A DNA stretch of 55,467 bases from an uncultured Clostridium sp. (GCA_964463245.1 CAYXBU010000004.1:1-55467), one strand, 5' to 3'. Numbered from the stretch's first letter, positions 41,486 to 51,038 are shown. A program made the numbers and translations. Notes: generated from the letters alone by a model not told the origin.

Positions 41486-42964
41486 ATGGCTCAACCAGCC
41501 GAAACCACCCCCTTCGGCAGGGGACTCTTCAAGCGCACCGTCCTTCTGACGGTGGGACGGTTCGTGTCCAAGCTGATGGTCTTTTTCATGGTGCGGCTGT
41601 ATACCGCCTGCTTAAGTCCCGCCGAGTACAGTGCCGCCGATCTGATCGCGGACATGGCCAACCTGCTCATCCCGTTGGCCTCGCTCGGGGTCAGCGAGGG
41701 CATCTTCCGCAACGCCGCCGACCGTGCCCGCGACAAGGAGACCTACCTGACGGCGGGGCTGTTCCTGCTGGGGGGCGGGAGCCTCTTGTTCCTCTGCCTG
41801 TCCCCGTTGCTCACCTGCATCCCGCTGTTCTCTGAGACGGCATGGCTGATCGTCCTGTATGTCCTCCTCTCCAATATCCACTCGGTCGTGTCGCAATACC
41901 TGTTTGCCATTGGCCGTGTCCGATTGTTTGCAGGGCAGGGCATACTGAACACGGCTCTGCTCATCGGGCTGAATATCCTGTTCCTGCCCGTCCTGAAGTT
42001 GGGCGTGACGGGGTATATCATGTCCACCTTTATCGCAGACGGGCTGACCACCCTGTTCTTAGTGCTGTACACCCGCCTGTGGCGTTCGGTCAAGCAACTG
42101 CCGCGACGGGAGCTGTGGGACACGGTGCGGGGGCTTTTGCGCTTCTGTCTGCCGCTGGTGCCGGCGACCCTTTGCTGGTGGATCACCAGTGTGTCGGATC
42201 GCTACATGATCTACTATATGCGCTCGGCGGCCGAGAACGGACTGTACACCGCCGCCTACAAGATACCCACCATCCTGACTTTGGCTGTCAGCATCTTCTC
42301 GACCGCGTGGAAAGGCAGTATCAGTGCCGAGGAGGACGACCCCGCGCTCTGGAGCCGGCACTACACTTACTCTTGGCGGGGGTACACCGCCGCGGCCTTC
42401 TTCGGGGGCGGGTGCCTGATACTCGTCTCGCGGGTGCTGGCGAATATTCTGTATGACGATGCGTATCGGGGGGCGTGGGTGTATATCCCGGTGCTGATCG
42501 TGGCGACCCTGCTCTGCGGGCTGGATACCTTTCTGGATTCTGTCTACTTCACCGCCCGCCGCACCACATGGTCGATGATCTCGGCTCTGACGGGAGCCGT
42601 GCTGAACATCCTGCTCAATGCACTCTGGATCCCGGAGCATGGTGCCCTGGGCGCATCGGTCGCCACCCTGTTGAGCTACCTGGCGGTGCTGATCCTGCGG
42701 CTGATCACCACGCGACGACTGATCGGATTCCGCCAAGCCCCCCTGCGCCTTGGCGGGAATATCCTGCTACTGTCCGCCGAGGCCGCGCTCATGACCGCCG
42801 CCGGGGAGGGCTACCTCTCCCCGCTCCCGGGTTACGCGGCGGCGGGAGTCTGTCTTGCGGGGCTTATCGCCCTGAATGCAAGGCCTCTCCTGCAGCTTTT
42901 GAATCGCCTGTTGCATCGTTCGCACAGCCGTGCGGACGGGAAAGAAACCTCTGAGGATATATGA
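41486..42964 (+). CDS. MOP-superfamily oligosaccharide/polysaccharide flippase (Wzx/SpoVB/MurJ-like)
   Basis: ORF track 41465..42964 trimmed to ATG 41486 (MAQPAETTPFGRGLFKRTVLLTVGRFVSK...). About 12-14 predicted hydrophobic helices. Confidence 0.8.
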   Translation: MAQPAETTPFGRGLFKRTVLLTVGRFVSKLMVFFMVRLYTACLSPAEYSAADLIADMANLLIPLASLGVSEGIFRNAADRARDKETYLTAGLFLLGGGSLLFLCLSPLLTCIPLFSETAWLIVLYVLLSNIHSVVSQYLFAIGRVRLFAGQGILNTALLIGLNILFLPVLKLGVTGYIMSTFIADGLTTLFLVLYTRLWRSVKQLPRRELWDTVRGLLRFCLPLVPATLCWWITSVSDRYMIYYMRSAAENGLYTAAYKIPTILTLAVSIFSTAWKGSISAEEDDPALWSRHYTYSWRGYTAAAFFGGGCLILVSRVLANILYDDAYRGAWVYIPVLIVATLLCGLDTFLDSVYFTARRTTWSMISALTGAVLNILLNALWIPEHGALGASVATLLSYLAVLILRLITTRRLIGFRQAPLRLGGNILLLSAEAALMTAAGEGYLSPLPGYAAAGVCLAGLIALNARPLLQLLNRLLHRSHSRADGKETSEDI

Positions 42965-42965
42965 T

Positions 42966-45353
42966 ATGAGCTTTTCTGAAAAGACCATACGAACACTGGA
43001 ATTTGATAAGATATGCGCCATGCTGGCCGAATGCGCCGAGACCGAGGGGGCAAGAAGCATGGCACAGAACCTGCGCCCCTCGGCCGACCCGCTGACGGTA
43101 CGGCGGCGGCAGGAGCGCACGACGGATGCCCGCCGTCTGGCGGATGCCAAGGGCGCACCCTCCTTCGGGGGCGTGCGGGACATCTCGGCTGTCTGCGAGC
43201 GGGCAGAGAAGGGAGCCGTGCTCTCCATGCGCGACCTGCTGGATGTGGCGAATGTCCTGCGTACGTCGCGCATCCTGACCGACTACCACGCAGGGAACCA
43301 CCCCTTTGACACCGTGCTGGACGAGGTCTTTGATCGCCTTCTGCCGGATCGTCGGCTGGAGGAGCGTATCAGCCGCGCCATCCTGTCAGAGGACATGATG
43401 GCAGATGAGGCCTCCCCCCTGCTGGCCGACATCCGCCGCAAGATACGTAACGAGAACGCCCGCATCCGCGAGGTGCTCCAGAAGATGATCTCGGGCAGTT
43501 CCAAATACCTGCAGGAGAACATCGTGACCATGCGCGGCGGGCGGTATGTCATCCCGGTCAAGGCCGAGTGCAAGAACGAGGTCAAGGGACTCATCCACGA
43601 CACCTCCTCTACCGGCGCGACCATATTCGTCGAGCCGATGGCGGTGGTGGATGCCAACAACGAGATCCGCCTACTCCAGACCAAGGAGGAGCGGGAGATC
43701 GAGCGCATCCTGTCCGAGCTGTCGGCACAGGTCGCGGGAGCGGCGGATGCGCTGTGGCTCAACTACCGCAACATTAACGAGCTTGCCTTCGCCTTCGCCT
43801 GTGCCGAGCTGTCGGTGCGGATGCGCGGGGTCTCGCCCCACCTGTCAAGCGGGCGGGAGGTAGACCTGGTGCAAGCGCGGCACCCCTTGATCGACAAGGA
43901 AAAGGTCGTGCCCATCCACCTGACTCTCGGCAAGGATTTCGATACCCTGGTCGTTACGGGACCCAACACGGGCGGTAAGACGGTCTCTCTCAAGACTCTG
44001 GGACTGTTCGCCCTGATGACCCAGTCGGGTCTGCATATCCCCTGTGACGAGACCTCCTGCATCTGCCTGTATGATGACATTCAGGTAGACCTCGGGGACG
44101 AGCAGAGCATCGAGCAATCGCTGTCTACCTTCTCCTCCCACATGGTCAACATCGTGTCCATCATGGAGGAGGTCGGCGCGGGGTCGCTGGTGCTGTTCGA
44201 CGAGCTGGGCGGCGGTACCGATCCGGTCGAGGGCGCGGCGTTAGCCATAGCCGTCATCGAGGCGGTGCGGGAGGCAGGAGCCTCCTGCGTGGCGACCACC
44301 CACTATGCCGAGCTGAAGGCCTACGCGCTGGACACCCCCGGGGTGTGCAACGCCTCCTGTGAATTCGACGTGGAGACTCTCAAACCGACCTACCGGTTGG
44401 TCATCGGTGCCCCCGGCAAGTCCAATGCATTTGCCATTTCCGAGAAGCTGGGGCTGTCCCCCGCCATCATCCGTCGGGCGGAGCTGCTGGTCAGCTCCGA
44501 GAACAAGAGCTTTGAGAATGTGATCGAGAAGCTGGAAGAGAGCCGCGTGCAGATGGAAAAGGAGCGGGCGGAGGCACAACGCCTGCGCGAGGAATTCGAG
44601 ACCTTCAAGGCAAATGCCGAGGCCGAGATCCGCAAGAAGACCCAGAACGCCGAGCGCGAGGCCGAAAAGGCACGTCAGCGTGCGGCGGCTATGGTGGCCT
44701 CGGCGAAGGCCTCCTGTGACTTCCTGTATGAGCAGATGGACAAGATGCGCCGTGCACAGGAGTCTGCCAAGGCCGCCGAGGAGCTGGAGGCGGCGCGGCG
44801 AGCCGTGCGGGAGCATTTGCGCGCCACGGGGGACACCTACGACCCCGTGGAGGAGGTGTATGAGGAGGATGGAGAGTACGTCCTGCCTCGCCCCCTGCAC
44901 AAGGGGGACAAGGTGCGGCTGGTGACCGTCAACAAGGTCGGCGAGCTGACCGACGAGCCGAAGAACGGCATGGTCACCTTCCAGGCGGGTGTCCTGCGGG
45001 TGCGGGCGCGGGTGGCTGACCTACGGCTCCTGACCGACGAGGACAAGAAGAAGCAATCCGAGCGGGAAAAGAAGCCTAAATCCAGCGTGTATGTCGAGCG
45101 GTCGAGCGGCTTCCGCAACGAGATCGACCTGCGCGGCATGATGGGGGACGAGGCCTGCATGGCGGTGGATCAGTACCTTGATGAAGCTGTTCTGAACGAC
45201 TGCGAGTCGGTGCGCCTCATCCACGGGAAGGGAACCGGTGCCCTCCGCGCCGCCCTTTGGAAGTACCTCAAGGGGGATCGCCGCATTGCCTCCTTCCGCA
45301 TCGGCCGCTACGGCGAGGGTGACGGCGGCGTGACCGTTGTGGAATTGAAGTAA
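42966..45353 (+). CDS. mutS2: Endonuclease MutS2 (MutS domain + C-terminal Smr)
   Basis: ORF track 42930..45353 trimmed to ATG 42966 (MSFSEKTIRTLEFDKI...). Walker A GPNTGGKT. Smr domain IDLRGMMGDEA...LIHGKGTGALR. Confidence 0.92.
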   Translation: MSFSEKTIRTLEFDKICAMLAECAETEGARSMAQNLRPSADPLTVRRRQERTTDARRLADAKGAPSFGGVRDISAVCERAEKGAVLSMRDLLDVANVLRTSRILTDYHAGNHPFDTVLDEVFDRLLPDRRLEERISRAILSEDMMADEASPLLADIRRKIRNENARIREVLQKMISGSSKYLQENIVTMRGGRYVIPVKAECKNEVKGLIHDTSSTGATIFVEPMAVVDANNEIRLLQTKEEREIERILSELSAQVAGAADALWLNYRNINELAFAFACAELSVRMRGVSPHLSSGREVDLVQARHPLIDKEKVVPIHLTLGKDFDTLVVTGPNTGGKTVSLKTLGLFALMTQSGLHIPCDETSCICLYDDIQVDLGDEQSIEQSLSTFSSHMVNIVSIMEEVGAGSLVLFDELGGGTDPVEGAALAIAVIEAVREAGASCVATTHYAELKAYALDTPGVCNASCEFDVETLKPTYRLVIGAPGKSNAFAISEKLGLSPAIIRRAELLVSSENKSFENVIEKLEESRVQMEKERAEAQRLREEFETFKANAEAEIRKKTQNAEREAEKARQRAAAMVASAKASCDFLYEQMDKMRRAQESAKAAEELEAARRAVREHLRATGDTYDPVEEVYEEDGEYVLPRPLHKGDKVRLVTVNKVGELTDEPKNGMVTFQAGVLRVRARVADLRLLTDEDKKKQSEREKKPKSSVYVERSSGFRNEIDLRGMMGDEACMAVDQYLDEAVLNDCESVRLIHGKGTGALRAALWKYLKGDRRIASFRIGRYGEGDGGVTVVELK

Positions 45354-45369
45354 CAGGAGATACTGTCTT

Positions 45370-46080
45370 ATGAAAGAATTCGATCTGATCCGCCATCTGA
45401 AAACGGCAGTCTACCCCGACACCGGCGCACCGCTGGTCGCCTTCTTCGGCGACAGCGTGACCCACGGTGCGTTTGAATGCATCGAGACGACAGGAGCCGA
45501 CTGCGTATTCGACTTTGATGCGGTATACCACGCGGTCTTTGCGCGGGAGCTCCGCCGCATCAACCCGTGGTTGCCGGTGAGTGTTTTGGATGCCGGGGTG
45601 TCCGGGGGAAGTGCACGGAGCGGGCTTGCCCGCATGGAGCGGGATGTCATTGTCCATCGCCCCGATCTCTGCGTGGTCAACTTTGCTCTCAATGATGTCA
45701 ACGACCCCTTGGATGTATACCGAGCCTCGCTGTCCGAGGTGTTTGACCGCCTGTCCGCCACCGAGATCCCGACCGTCCTCTTGACCCCGAATATGCTCAA
45801 CACCTATGTCCACCCCGACACCATCCCGAAGTTCCGAGACTACGCCGCCGTGACGGCCGAGTATCAGAACGGCGGCCGCATGGATGCCTATGTGGATGCG
45901 GCGCGAGAGGTGGCCACCGCGCGGAACATCCCCATCGCGGATGCCTATGCGAAATGGAAGGCCATGGCGGCCTCCGGGCAGGACACCACGGTGTGCTTGG
46001 CCAACTATATCAACCACCCAACGCGGGAGATGCACCGCCTGTTCGCCGAGACCCTGATCGAGACGTTGAGCGCGATGTGA
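45370..46080 (+). CDS. SGNH/GDSL-family hydrolase
   Basis: 236 aa. FFGDSVTHG (block I), GVSGGSA, NFALNDV, and a C-terminal ...NHPT block V-like region. Confidence 0.8.
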   Translation: MKEFDLIRHLKTAVYPDTGAPLVAFFGDSVTHGAFECIETTGADCVFDFDAVYHAVFARELRRINPWLPVSVLDAGVSGGSARSGLARMERDVIVHRPDLCVVNFALNDVNDPLDVYRASLSEVFDRLSATEIPTVLLTPNMLNTYVHPDTIPKFRDYAAVTAEYQNGGRMDAYVDAAREVATARNIPIADAYAKWKAMAASGQDTTVCLANYINHPTREMHRLFAETLIETLSAM

Positions 46081-46102
46081 CCCGCCTCGGGACAAATACG
46101 AA

Positions 46103-46150
46103 AAAGACCGCCGAGCCGTCCCCACACGGGGGAACGACTCGGCGGTCTTT
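46103..46150. terminator. Bidirectional intrinsic terminator
   Basis: AAAGACCGCCGAG...CTCGGCGGTCTTT, a 13-bp perfect outer stem with an inner imperfect extension. Lies between convergent genes. Confidence 0.8.
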
Positions 46151-46160
46151 CGACAGCCGC

Positions 46161-47633
46161 TTAGCCGAAGATCTTCTTCAGGCTCTTGTCGGCACTCTTC
46201 TTTTGGCTTTTATAGAAGGAGGCATAGTTGGTGTTGCCGCTCTCGCAGAGCAGGGGAACCATGTAGACCAGATTATTGATGTGGTCGGCGCAGGCCAGAC
46301 CGATGTCGTTGGTCTGGGACTTCCAGATGAGATCCAGCATCTCGGCATCCTCGGGCGCGTTGACGATGGAGGTGCCCAGCTGGGTCTCGTAGTAGGCGGT
46401 CTTGACAGGCGCGGTGTAGTAAGCCAGCAGCTCCAGTACCTCACCTACCATCTGCTTATTCTTTACCGAGGCGGGAACGCACATCAAGCCGTTCCAGTTC
46501 ATGCTCTTGTACTCCTCCTGTGCGGTATCGTACAGGGGGTAGGGCAGGATGCCGAAGCGAATGTCCGTGGTGGCCAGCGAGGGGAGGGAGATCGTGTTGT
46601 ACAGCTGGAACAAGGCTCGACCGGTGGAGATATCCACCGTGGTGGTAAAGGTGGACGGCCACATATAGGAGTAGTCTGCCGTGTACATGGCGTAGATCTT
46701 GTCGATCAGCGCCTGCAGCTTGATGCCCTCCCGCGGATAGGAGACACTGTACTTGCCGGTCTCGGGATCAATGTCCATGATGGTCATGTCGCTGGAGGTC
46801 ACAAAGGAGATCAAGAAGATCCAGCCCCACCCGGTCAGACCATACTGGTCATTCTCGTCCCAGACGCCGTCGCCGTTGTCCTTTGCGGCGACTGAGGCCA
46901 TCTCAAACAGCTTATCAAGTGTCCAGGTCTTATTGTGCACAAGGTCGTAGGGGGATTCCATGGCGTAGGTGCCGAGAATATCCTTGTTGAAGGTCACGCA
47001 GTGTGTGCTGGAGAGCAGGAAGTCGCTGTAGCCCATCATGTAGCGGTCGTTGATCTTAAGCTGATCCATGACCTTCCTGTTCCAGTAGGAGGCATCCAGA
47101 TTGATGACCGGAATGTCGGCAAAGTCCAGAAGGATGTTCTCGCCGGTTGCCAGGGTGGTGACCCCCTGGTGGACGTGAGTGGTGACCAGCTGGTAGGCAT
47201 CCTCGCCGGTCTGCACGGTGCGGGTTACCTTGTTGGCGTACTCGATCCAGGAGCCGGCATCGGCCAGCACGCATTTGACGCCCAGGTGATCTTCAATACG
47301 GGCACACCGCTCAAAGACGGTCTCATTGAGGACATTGCCGCTCTGGACATTCTCCTCGTCGATCACCAGCCAATCCTTGTTGAAGTAGACATTGGTGATG
47401 TTGAAGTCAGTTTTGTAGTTCTTCTTTTCAATGGTGGGGACATACTCGGGCTCAGTCTCGACCGAGGTGTCGTCGGCATCCTTCGAGCCGTCGGCGACCT
47501 CGGATGTTCCCGTGGCATCCTTGTCAGAGGCATCCGTGTCGGCGCAGGCAACAAGGGAGCTTGCGAGCATCAGGCAAGCCAGCAGAAAGGCAAGAACTTG
47601 CAGGATGCGGTGGGGGGAGGCAGGTGCGTTCAT
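46161..47633 (-). CDS. Extracellular solute-binding lipoprotein (sugar-type family 1-like), orphan
   Basis: ORF track 46161..47651 trimmed to ATG 47633 (MNAPASPHRILQVLAFLLACLMLASSLVACA, lipobox LVAC), which has GAAAGGAA 8 nt upstream. No adjacent permease or ATPase genes. Confidence 0.75.
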   Translation of the reverse strand: MNAPASPHRILQVLAFLLACLMLASSLVACADTDASDKDATGTSEVADGSKDADDTSVETEPEYVPTIEKKNYKTDFNITNVYFNKDWLVIDEENVQSGNVLNETVFERCARIEDHLGVKCVLADAGSWIEYANKVTRTVQTGEDAYQLVTTHVHQGVTTLATGENILLDFADIPVINLDASYWNRKVMDQLKINDRYMMGYSDFLLSSTHCVTFNKDILGTYAMESPYDLVHNKTWTLDKLFEMASVAAKDNGDGVWDENDQYGLTGWGWIFLISFVTSSDMTIMDIDPETGKYSVSYPREGIKLQALIDKIYAMYTADYSYMWPSTFTTTVDISTGRALFQLYNTISLPSLATTDIRFGILPYPLYDTAQEEYKSMNWNGLMCVPASVKNKQMVGEVLELLAYYTAPVKTAYYETQLGTSIVNAPEDAEMLDLIWKSQTNDIGLACADHINNLVYMVPLLCESGNTNYASFYKSQKKSADKSLKKIFG

Positions 47634-47708
47634 AAACGAGGTTCCTTTCAAAAAGCATGATTTGGTCGGTCTTGGTTACCCTGCGAGGGAATATGGGAAT
47701 ACACTTTC

Positions 47709-47737
47709 ATTATACCGATTTTTCTTAGGCGTGTCAA
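47709..47737 (-). promoter_or_regulatory. Consensus promoter TTGACA-17-TATAAT for the orphan binding-protein gene
   Basis: The rc reads TTGACAcgcctaagaaaaatcggTATAAT. Confidence 0.65.
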
Positions 47738-47796
47738 CCGGCAAACAGCCGAAATTGGCGGGTCGTTTTTGGGCATTTTGCCCCTGCGAATGCGAC

Positions 47797-47825
47797 TTGA
47801 CAAGCCGAGGTATCTGTGCTATAAT
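47797..47825 (+). promoter_or_regulatory. Consensus promoter TTGACA-17-TATAAT (TGC) for the MFS/ArsB-NhaD pair
   Basis: TTGACAagccgaggtatctgtgcTATAAT, 38 nt upstream of ATG 47864. Confidence 0.65.
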
Positions 47826-47863
47826 GCGGTGGTTTGACCGAATACGCGGAAAGGACTGTTTCC

Positions 47864-49084
47864 ATGAGCATACGCACTTCCTATCGACATACCCTGTACG
47901 CAAGCTACCTGGGGTATGTGACGCAAGCTATCGTCAATAACTTCATCCCGCTCCTCTTCCTGACTTTTCAGAAGACCTGGGATATATCCCTGACCAGCTT
48001 GGCTACCCTAATCTCCATCAACTTCGGCATCCAGCTGGCGGTGGATCTGGCGGGTGCCAAATTCGTGGATCGCATCGGTTACCGCCCCTGCATCGTGGCG
48101 GCGCATATCTTCTCGGGGGTGGGGATGCTCTGCCTGGGGCTCCTGCCGTACTGGTTGCCTGACCCGTTTGTGGGCATCCTGATCTCCATCTCGCTCTACG
48201 CCGTCGGCGGCGGGCTGACCGAGGTGCTCATCAGTCCCATCGTGGAGGCCTGCCCCACCGATCATAAGGAGGCAGCCATGAGCCTGCTGCACTCCTTCTA
48301 CTGCTGGGGGCATATGTTCGTGGTCATCGCCTCGACGGCCTGCTTTGCCCTGTTCGGCATCGAGAACTGGCGGTATGTAGCCTTCATCTGGGCGGCTCTG
48401 CCGCTGGCCAACGCGGTGTACTTCTCTCTGGTGCCCCTGCGGCGGCTGGAGGGCGAGGAGGGCGCGGCGCCGATGACGGTCGGTCAGCTGTGCTGCAAGC
48501 CGGTCTTTTGGCTGTTCGTGGTGCTGATGCTGTGCGCCGGCGCGAGCGAGCAGGCCATGAGTCAGTGGGCATCCGCTTTCGCCGAGCAGGCCTTTGGCGA
48601 GATCGAGTCCCTGCAGGGCACGTCCCTGCTCAAGACCCTGTCGGACTTGGCGGGACCCTGTATGTTCGCTCTGCTCATGGGTACGGCGCGGGTGGTCTCC
48701 TCCCGTCTTGCCCGCAAGCATGATATGCGCGGGATGATGTTGATCTGCTGCATCTTCTGCGCGGTCAGCTACCTGGTCGCCGCCCTGATCCCGTCCCCCG
48801 TGGCGGCGTTGGTGGGGTGCGGTCTGTGCGGCCTGTCGGTGGGTGTCATGTGGCCGGGTACCTTCAGCCTGTCCACGCAGGTCTGCCCCGGCGGCGGGAC
48901 TGCTATGTTCGCCCTGCTGGCACTGGCGGGAGACCTCGGTTGTATGGCGGGGCCGTGGCTGGTAGGCAGACTGGCGGGCGAGACGGTGCGCTCGGGGCTT
49001 CTGCCTGCGCTGATCTTCCCACTCCTCCTGTTCGCAGGTCTGATGGTCACGCGCCTTATGCGCAGGGGAGGCAAGCGGTCGTGA
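47864..49084 (+). CDS. MFS transporter
   Basis: ORF track 47834..49084 trimmed to ATG 47864 (MSIRTSYRHTLYASYLGY...), which has GAAAGGA 8 nt upstream. 12 hydrophobic segments. Confidence 0.8.
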   Translation: MSIRTSYRHTLYASYLGYVTQAIVNNFIPLLFLTFQKTWDISLTSLATLISINFGIQLAVDLAGAKFVDRIGYRPCIVAAHIFSGVGMLCLGLLPYWLPDPFVGILISISLYAVGGGLTEVLISPIVEACPTDHKEAAMSLLHSFYCWGHMFVVIASTACFALFGIENWRYVAFIWAALPLANAVYFSLVPLRRLEGEEGAAPMTVGQLCCKPVFWLFVVLMLCAGASEQAMSQWASAFAEQAFGEIESLQGTSLLKTLSDLAGPCMFALLMGTARVVSSRLARKHDMRGMMLICCIFCAVSYLVAALIPSPVAALVGCGLCGLSVGVMWPGTFSLSTQVCPGGGTAMFALLALAGDLGCMAGPWLVGRLAGETVRSGLLPALIFPLLLFAGLMVTRLMRRGGKRS

Positions 49085-50400
49085 GTGTATCTTTGATCAT
49101 CTTTATTCTGACCTGCCTGACCCTGCTCGTGCTGGTGTTCTGTAAGCCCTCGGTCACCATCCGGGGGCATCGGGTCAGCATATTTTGGATAGCCCCGCTG
49201 GCGGGAGCGATTGCCATGGTGGCTTCGGGGCAGATCAGCCCCGCCGAGGTGGCGGAGGGTCTGACCTCGGCGGGGGAGGTCAACCCCTTGAAGATACTCA
49301 TCCTGTTCTTCTCCATGACCATGATGTCGGTCTATTTGGACGAGTTGGGCTTCTTTCGCCTGCTGGCGGTCAAGGTGATGAGGCGAGCGGGGGGTGACCA
49401 GCGGACGCTGTTTTTCCTGCTCTACGCGCTGGTGTCGGTGCTGACCGTCTTTACCTCCAATGACATCATCGTTTTGACCTTCACCCCCTTCATTTGCCAC
49501 TTCGCCGCCGGGGCGCGGATCGATCCCGTGCCGTATCTGGTGTCCGAGTTCGTGGCGGCCAACACCTGGAGCATGGCTCTGGTGATCGGCAATCCCACCA
49601 ACATATACCTGATGAGCGATGCGGGGGTGTCCTTCGGAGCCTATACCCTGCGGATGCTCCTGCCGACCGTGCTGGCGGGGCTGGTCTCCTGCGGGGTGCT
49701 GTACCTGCTCTTTCGGCGGCGGCTGGCGGCTCCGCTCTCGGCGCGGGAGGAGCGCCTGCCGCGCATCGACCGCCCGACCGAGATCATCGGACTCTGCCAT
49801 CTGGGTGGGTGCATCCTGCTTTTGTCGGTCTCTTCCTTCCTTGACCTGCCCATGTGGCTCATCACCTGCTGTTTCTTCGGGAGCCTCGTGCTGTTCACCA
49901 TGGGGGTCAGCTTCTTCCGCCGCCGTGCGCCCTACCTGATCGCTCGTTGCTTCGTGCGGGCTCCGTGGGATCTGGCTCCCTTCGTGCTGTCCATGTTCGT
50001 GCTGGTGCTGGCATTGGAAAAGCACGGTGTGACATCGGCTCTGGGGGACATCCTGAGCACCCCGCAAAGCAGCCTCGGACAAGTCCTTTCCTTCGGCGGC
50101 TCCTCCTTCATCGCCGCCAATCTGGTCAACAATATCCCCATGAGCGTGCTCTACCGCTCGGTCATCGTGGGTCTGCCCGGCGGGGTGGCCGCGAACGCCG
50201 CCGCACTGTACGCCGCCGTGATCGGATCGAATCTCGGAGCCTTCTTTACCCCGATGGGCGCGCTGGCGGGGATCATGTGGACGGGACAGCTGCGGGATCA
50301 CGGCGTTCCTTTCACCTTTGCCTCGTTCGTCAAGTACGGTGCGGCGGTGGCTATGCCTGCCTTGGCGGCGGCTCTCTTGGGGCTGTGGATGGTGACCTGA
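49081..50400 (+). CDS. ArsB/NhaD-superfamily permease (anion/citrate-transporter-like)
   Basis: In frame of track ORF 48817..50400. GTG 49081 overlaps the MFS stop (GTGA). Starts VSVSLIIFILTCL.... Motifs SNDIIVLTFTP and NLVNNIPMS. Confidence 0.75.
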   Translation: MSVSLIIFILTCLTLLVLVFCKPSVTIRGHRVSIFWIAPLAGAIAMVASGQISPAEVAEGLTSAGEVNPLKILILFFSMTMMSVYLDELGFFRLLAVKVMRRAGGDQRTLFFLLYALVSVLTVFTSNDIIVLTFTPFICHFAAGARIDPVPYLVSEFVAANTWSMALVIGNPTNIYLMSDAGVSFGAYTLRMLLPTVLAGLVSCGVLYLLFRRRLAAPLSAREERLPRIDRPTEIIGLCHLGGCILLLSVSSFLDLPMWLITCCFFGSLVLFTMGVSFFRRRAPYLIARCFVRAPWDLAPFVLSMFVLVLALEKHGVTSALGDILSTPQSSLGQVLSFGGSSFIAANLVNNIPMSVLYRSVIVGLPGGVAANAAALYAAVIGSNLGAFFTPMGALAGIMWTGQLRDHGVPFTFASFVKYGAAVAMPALAAALLGLWMVT

Positions 50401-50443
50401 TGCCATCCCGAGGGGGCGTTTTACGCAAATTTTATCCAAACTC

Positions 50444-50472
50444 TTGACAAATTCATTCCCGTGTGGTATAAT
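50444..50472 (+). promoter_or_regulatory. Consensus promoter TTGACA-17-TATAAT (TGG) for the tRNA pair
   Basis: TTGACAaattcattcccgtgtggTATAAT, 52 nt upstream of the first tRNA. Confidence 0.65.
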
Positions 50473-50523
50473 CAACGGGTGGTGAGCGTATGCCGCCGAG
50501 GCAAACGATGTTTGCCTGTCTGC

Positions 50524-50600
50524 GGGCCATTAGCTCAGTTGGTCAGAGCTACCGGCTCATAACCGGTTGGTCCTGGGTTCAAGTCCCCGATGGCCCACCA
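50524..50600 (+). tRNA. tRNA with CAT anticodon (elongator Met or, more likely, lysidine-type Ile2), CCA encoded
   Basis: Hand-folded cloverleaf. Acceptor GGGCCAT/ATGGCCC, D-arm AGCTCAGTTGGTCAGAGC, anticodon arm ACCGG-CTCATAA-CCGGT, T-arm CTGGG-TTCAAGT-CCCCG. Not an initiator: G1-C72 pairs and there is no GGG/CCC anticodon stem. Confidence 0.9.
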
Positions 50601-50640
50601 AAAGGGGTGCGCCCGACATACCGTGTCGGTGTACCCCTTT
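50601..50640 (+). terminator. Hairpin plus T-run between the two tRNAs (terminator or processing structure)
   Basis: AAAGGGGTGCGCCCGACA-TACCG-TGTCGGTGTACCCCTTT followed by CTTT. Confidence 0.55.
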
Positions 50641-50675
50641 CTTTACAGAGTTTCGCCACGCATAATTGAATACAC

Positions 50676-50750
50676 GCCCTCATAGTTAAATGGATATAAT
50701 AAGCCCCTCCTAAGGGTTAGTTATGGGTTCGATTCCCGTTGGGGGTGCCA
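50676..50750 (+). tRNA. tRNA-Arg (anticodon CCT), unusually AT-rich, CCA encoded
   Basis: Hand-folded 75 nt. Acceptor GCCCTCA/TGGGGGT (G1-U72 and U5-G68 wobbles), D-arm GTTA-AATGGATA-TAAT, anticodon arm AGCCC-CTCCTAA-GGGTT, 4-nt variable loop, T-arm ATGGG-TTCGATT-CCCGT. Confidence 0.75.
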
Positions 50751-50790
50751 AAAATTCCGCACACATAAGTGTGCGGAATTTTTACTTTTT
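50751..50790 (+). terminator. Intrinsic terminator of the tRNA operon
   Basis: AAAATTCCGCACAC-ATAA-GTGTGCGGAATTTT followed by TACTTTTT. Perfect 14-bp stem. Confidence 0.85.
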
Positions 50791-50811
50791 CACTCTTCAC
50801 TCTTCACTCTT
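50791..50811. repeat. 7-bp microsatellite (CACTCTT)x3
   Basis: cactcttcactcttcactctt, directly after the tRNA terminator. Confidence 0.9.
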
Positions 50812-50861
50812 CATAAAAATCGACAGCCGATAGCTTATGGCGAAGAAGTGCCGCGCCGCCC

Positions 50862-50901
50862 GAAAAGCCCGATCTTCCGTCCCGGAGAAGTCGGGCTTTT
50901 C
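50862..50901 (+). terminator. Orphan terminator-like hairpin upstream of the fused ABC gene
   Basis: GAAAAGCCCGATCTTC-N10-GAAGTCGGGCTTTTC (one bulged T). No CDS ends nearby. Confidence 0.45.
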
Positions 50902-51038
50902 ATGTTACCTTCATTTTTCAAGAAAAATACGATACCACTTCACAACAGATTCATGTTTCCGTGTTACAATGTCGGGGAAATGTGAGAATGTACAGTGGGG
51001 TGCCCTGTCATAGCACCCTGCCGTGAGGAGGTAGAGCA

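Noticed and set aside
38619-41486. Very long antisense ORFs: 955 aa opposite argS/yebC, 674 aa at 3652-5676, 490 aa at 8935-10407, 568 aa at 48769-50475, 495 aa at 51702-53189 and 469 aa at 13357-14766.
   Set aside because: Each lies opposite a gene with unmistakable conserved motifs. Their translations are Arg/Gly/Ala/His/Leu-rich low-complexity sequence typical of stop-poor off-frames in high-GC DNA. None has an RBS.
47652-47863. Small ORFs 47676-47903 (-) and 47431-47940 (+) in the divergent control region.
   Set aside because: The region is fully explained by two back-to-back consensus promoters and 5' UTRs. The ORFs lack RBSs and overlap flanking genes out of frame.
50791-50901. The (CACTCTT)x3 microsatellite plus orphan hairpin as a remnant of a mobile-element attachment site next to the tRNA genes.
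   Set aside because: There is no integrase, no direct repeat of the tRNA 3' end, and no foreign gene block on either side. The next gene is a chromosomal-type ABC transporter. It is retained only as a minor note under the tRNA-Arg finding.
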